A stretch of DNA of 64,000 nt, taken from Epiperipatus broadwayi. Lineage: Eukaryota; Animalia; Onychophora. Where the stretch lies: contig JAQFVV010000007.1 of assembly GCA_028023455.1 (NCBI GenBank), positions 6,386,001 through 6,450,000 of the forward strand, read 5' to 3'. Positions 63,735 through 64,000 of the stretch are shown piece by piece. Both the position numbers and the translations under genes were made by a program. Each line of letters starts with the position of its first letter. The stretch's first letter is position 1. Under the pieces are notes generated by a model, which was not told where the DNA came from, made no database searches, and worked only from the letters and a program-made list of their open reading frames with translations.

Positions 63735-64000
63735 AATGGGCACACATGCTATTACATTCTAACAAAATTAGAAATTAAAAGTAAAAAGTTCGCAAATAAA
63801 AATTTGTTTTTAAAAAATTAAAAATTGAAAATTAAAAGTCATCTAAACTCATATATATATAAAATTGCACAGAAGGAAAATTATTAAAAGAAAACTATTA
63901 AAAAAGAAAAAAGTATTTTAAAACTAAATTTTAAGAAAAAAACTTAAAGATTTAAAAAATATCTCTTTAAAAATATACAAAATTTAATTAATTCTATTGT

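Noticed and set aside
1-64000. ORF-track entries as host genes
   Set aside because: All are 60-119 aa. Those with recognisable motifs are fragments of RTE, Tigger, Merlin or PLE; the rest look like low-complexity AT-rich noise.

Overview
Very AT-rich, visibly CpG-depleted eukaryotic (invertebrate-like) DNA. I cannot support any intact host gene; the ORF-track hits are decayed transposon fragments or noise. Recognisable decayed elements are RTE LINEs, an L1/Tx1-type LINE, Gypsy fragments, a Tigger/pogo element, two Merlin elements, tRNA-derived SINE heads and Penelope-like elements (PLEs). The main signal is a dense set of about 19 minimal type-I hammerhead ribozyme (HHR) motifs, counted by hand and ranging from intact to remnant. 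They have the form stemI-CUGANGA-stemII-GAAA-short, mostly palindromic stemIII-NUH-stemI, and fall into four small non-coding families (A-D) plus a PLE tail. Most sit in long head-to-head palindromes with one HHR per arm, both facing outward. One such palindrome is flanked by a 13-bp target-site duplication, and families B and D also occur as retrozyme-like monomers with terminal direct repeats. A ~7.8 kb inverted pair of full PLEs (50.5-58.3 kb) has the same head-to-head, HHR-outward geometry and is a candidate mobiliser. All alignments and folds were done by eye, and boundaries of decayed elements are approximate.
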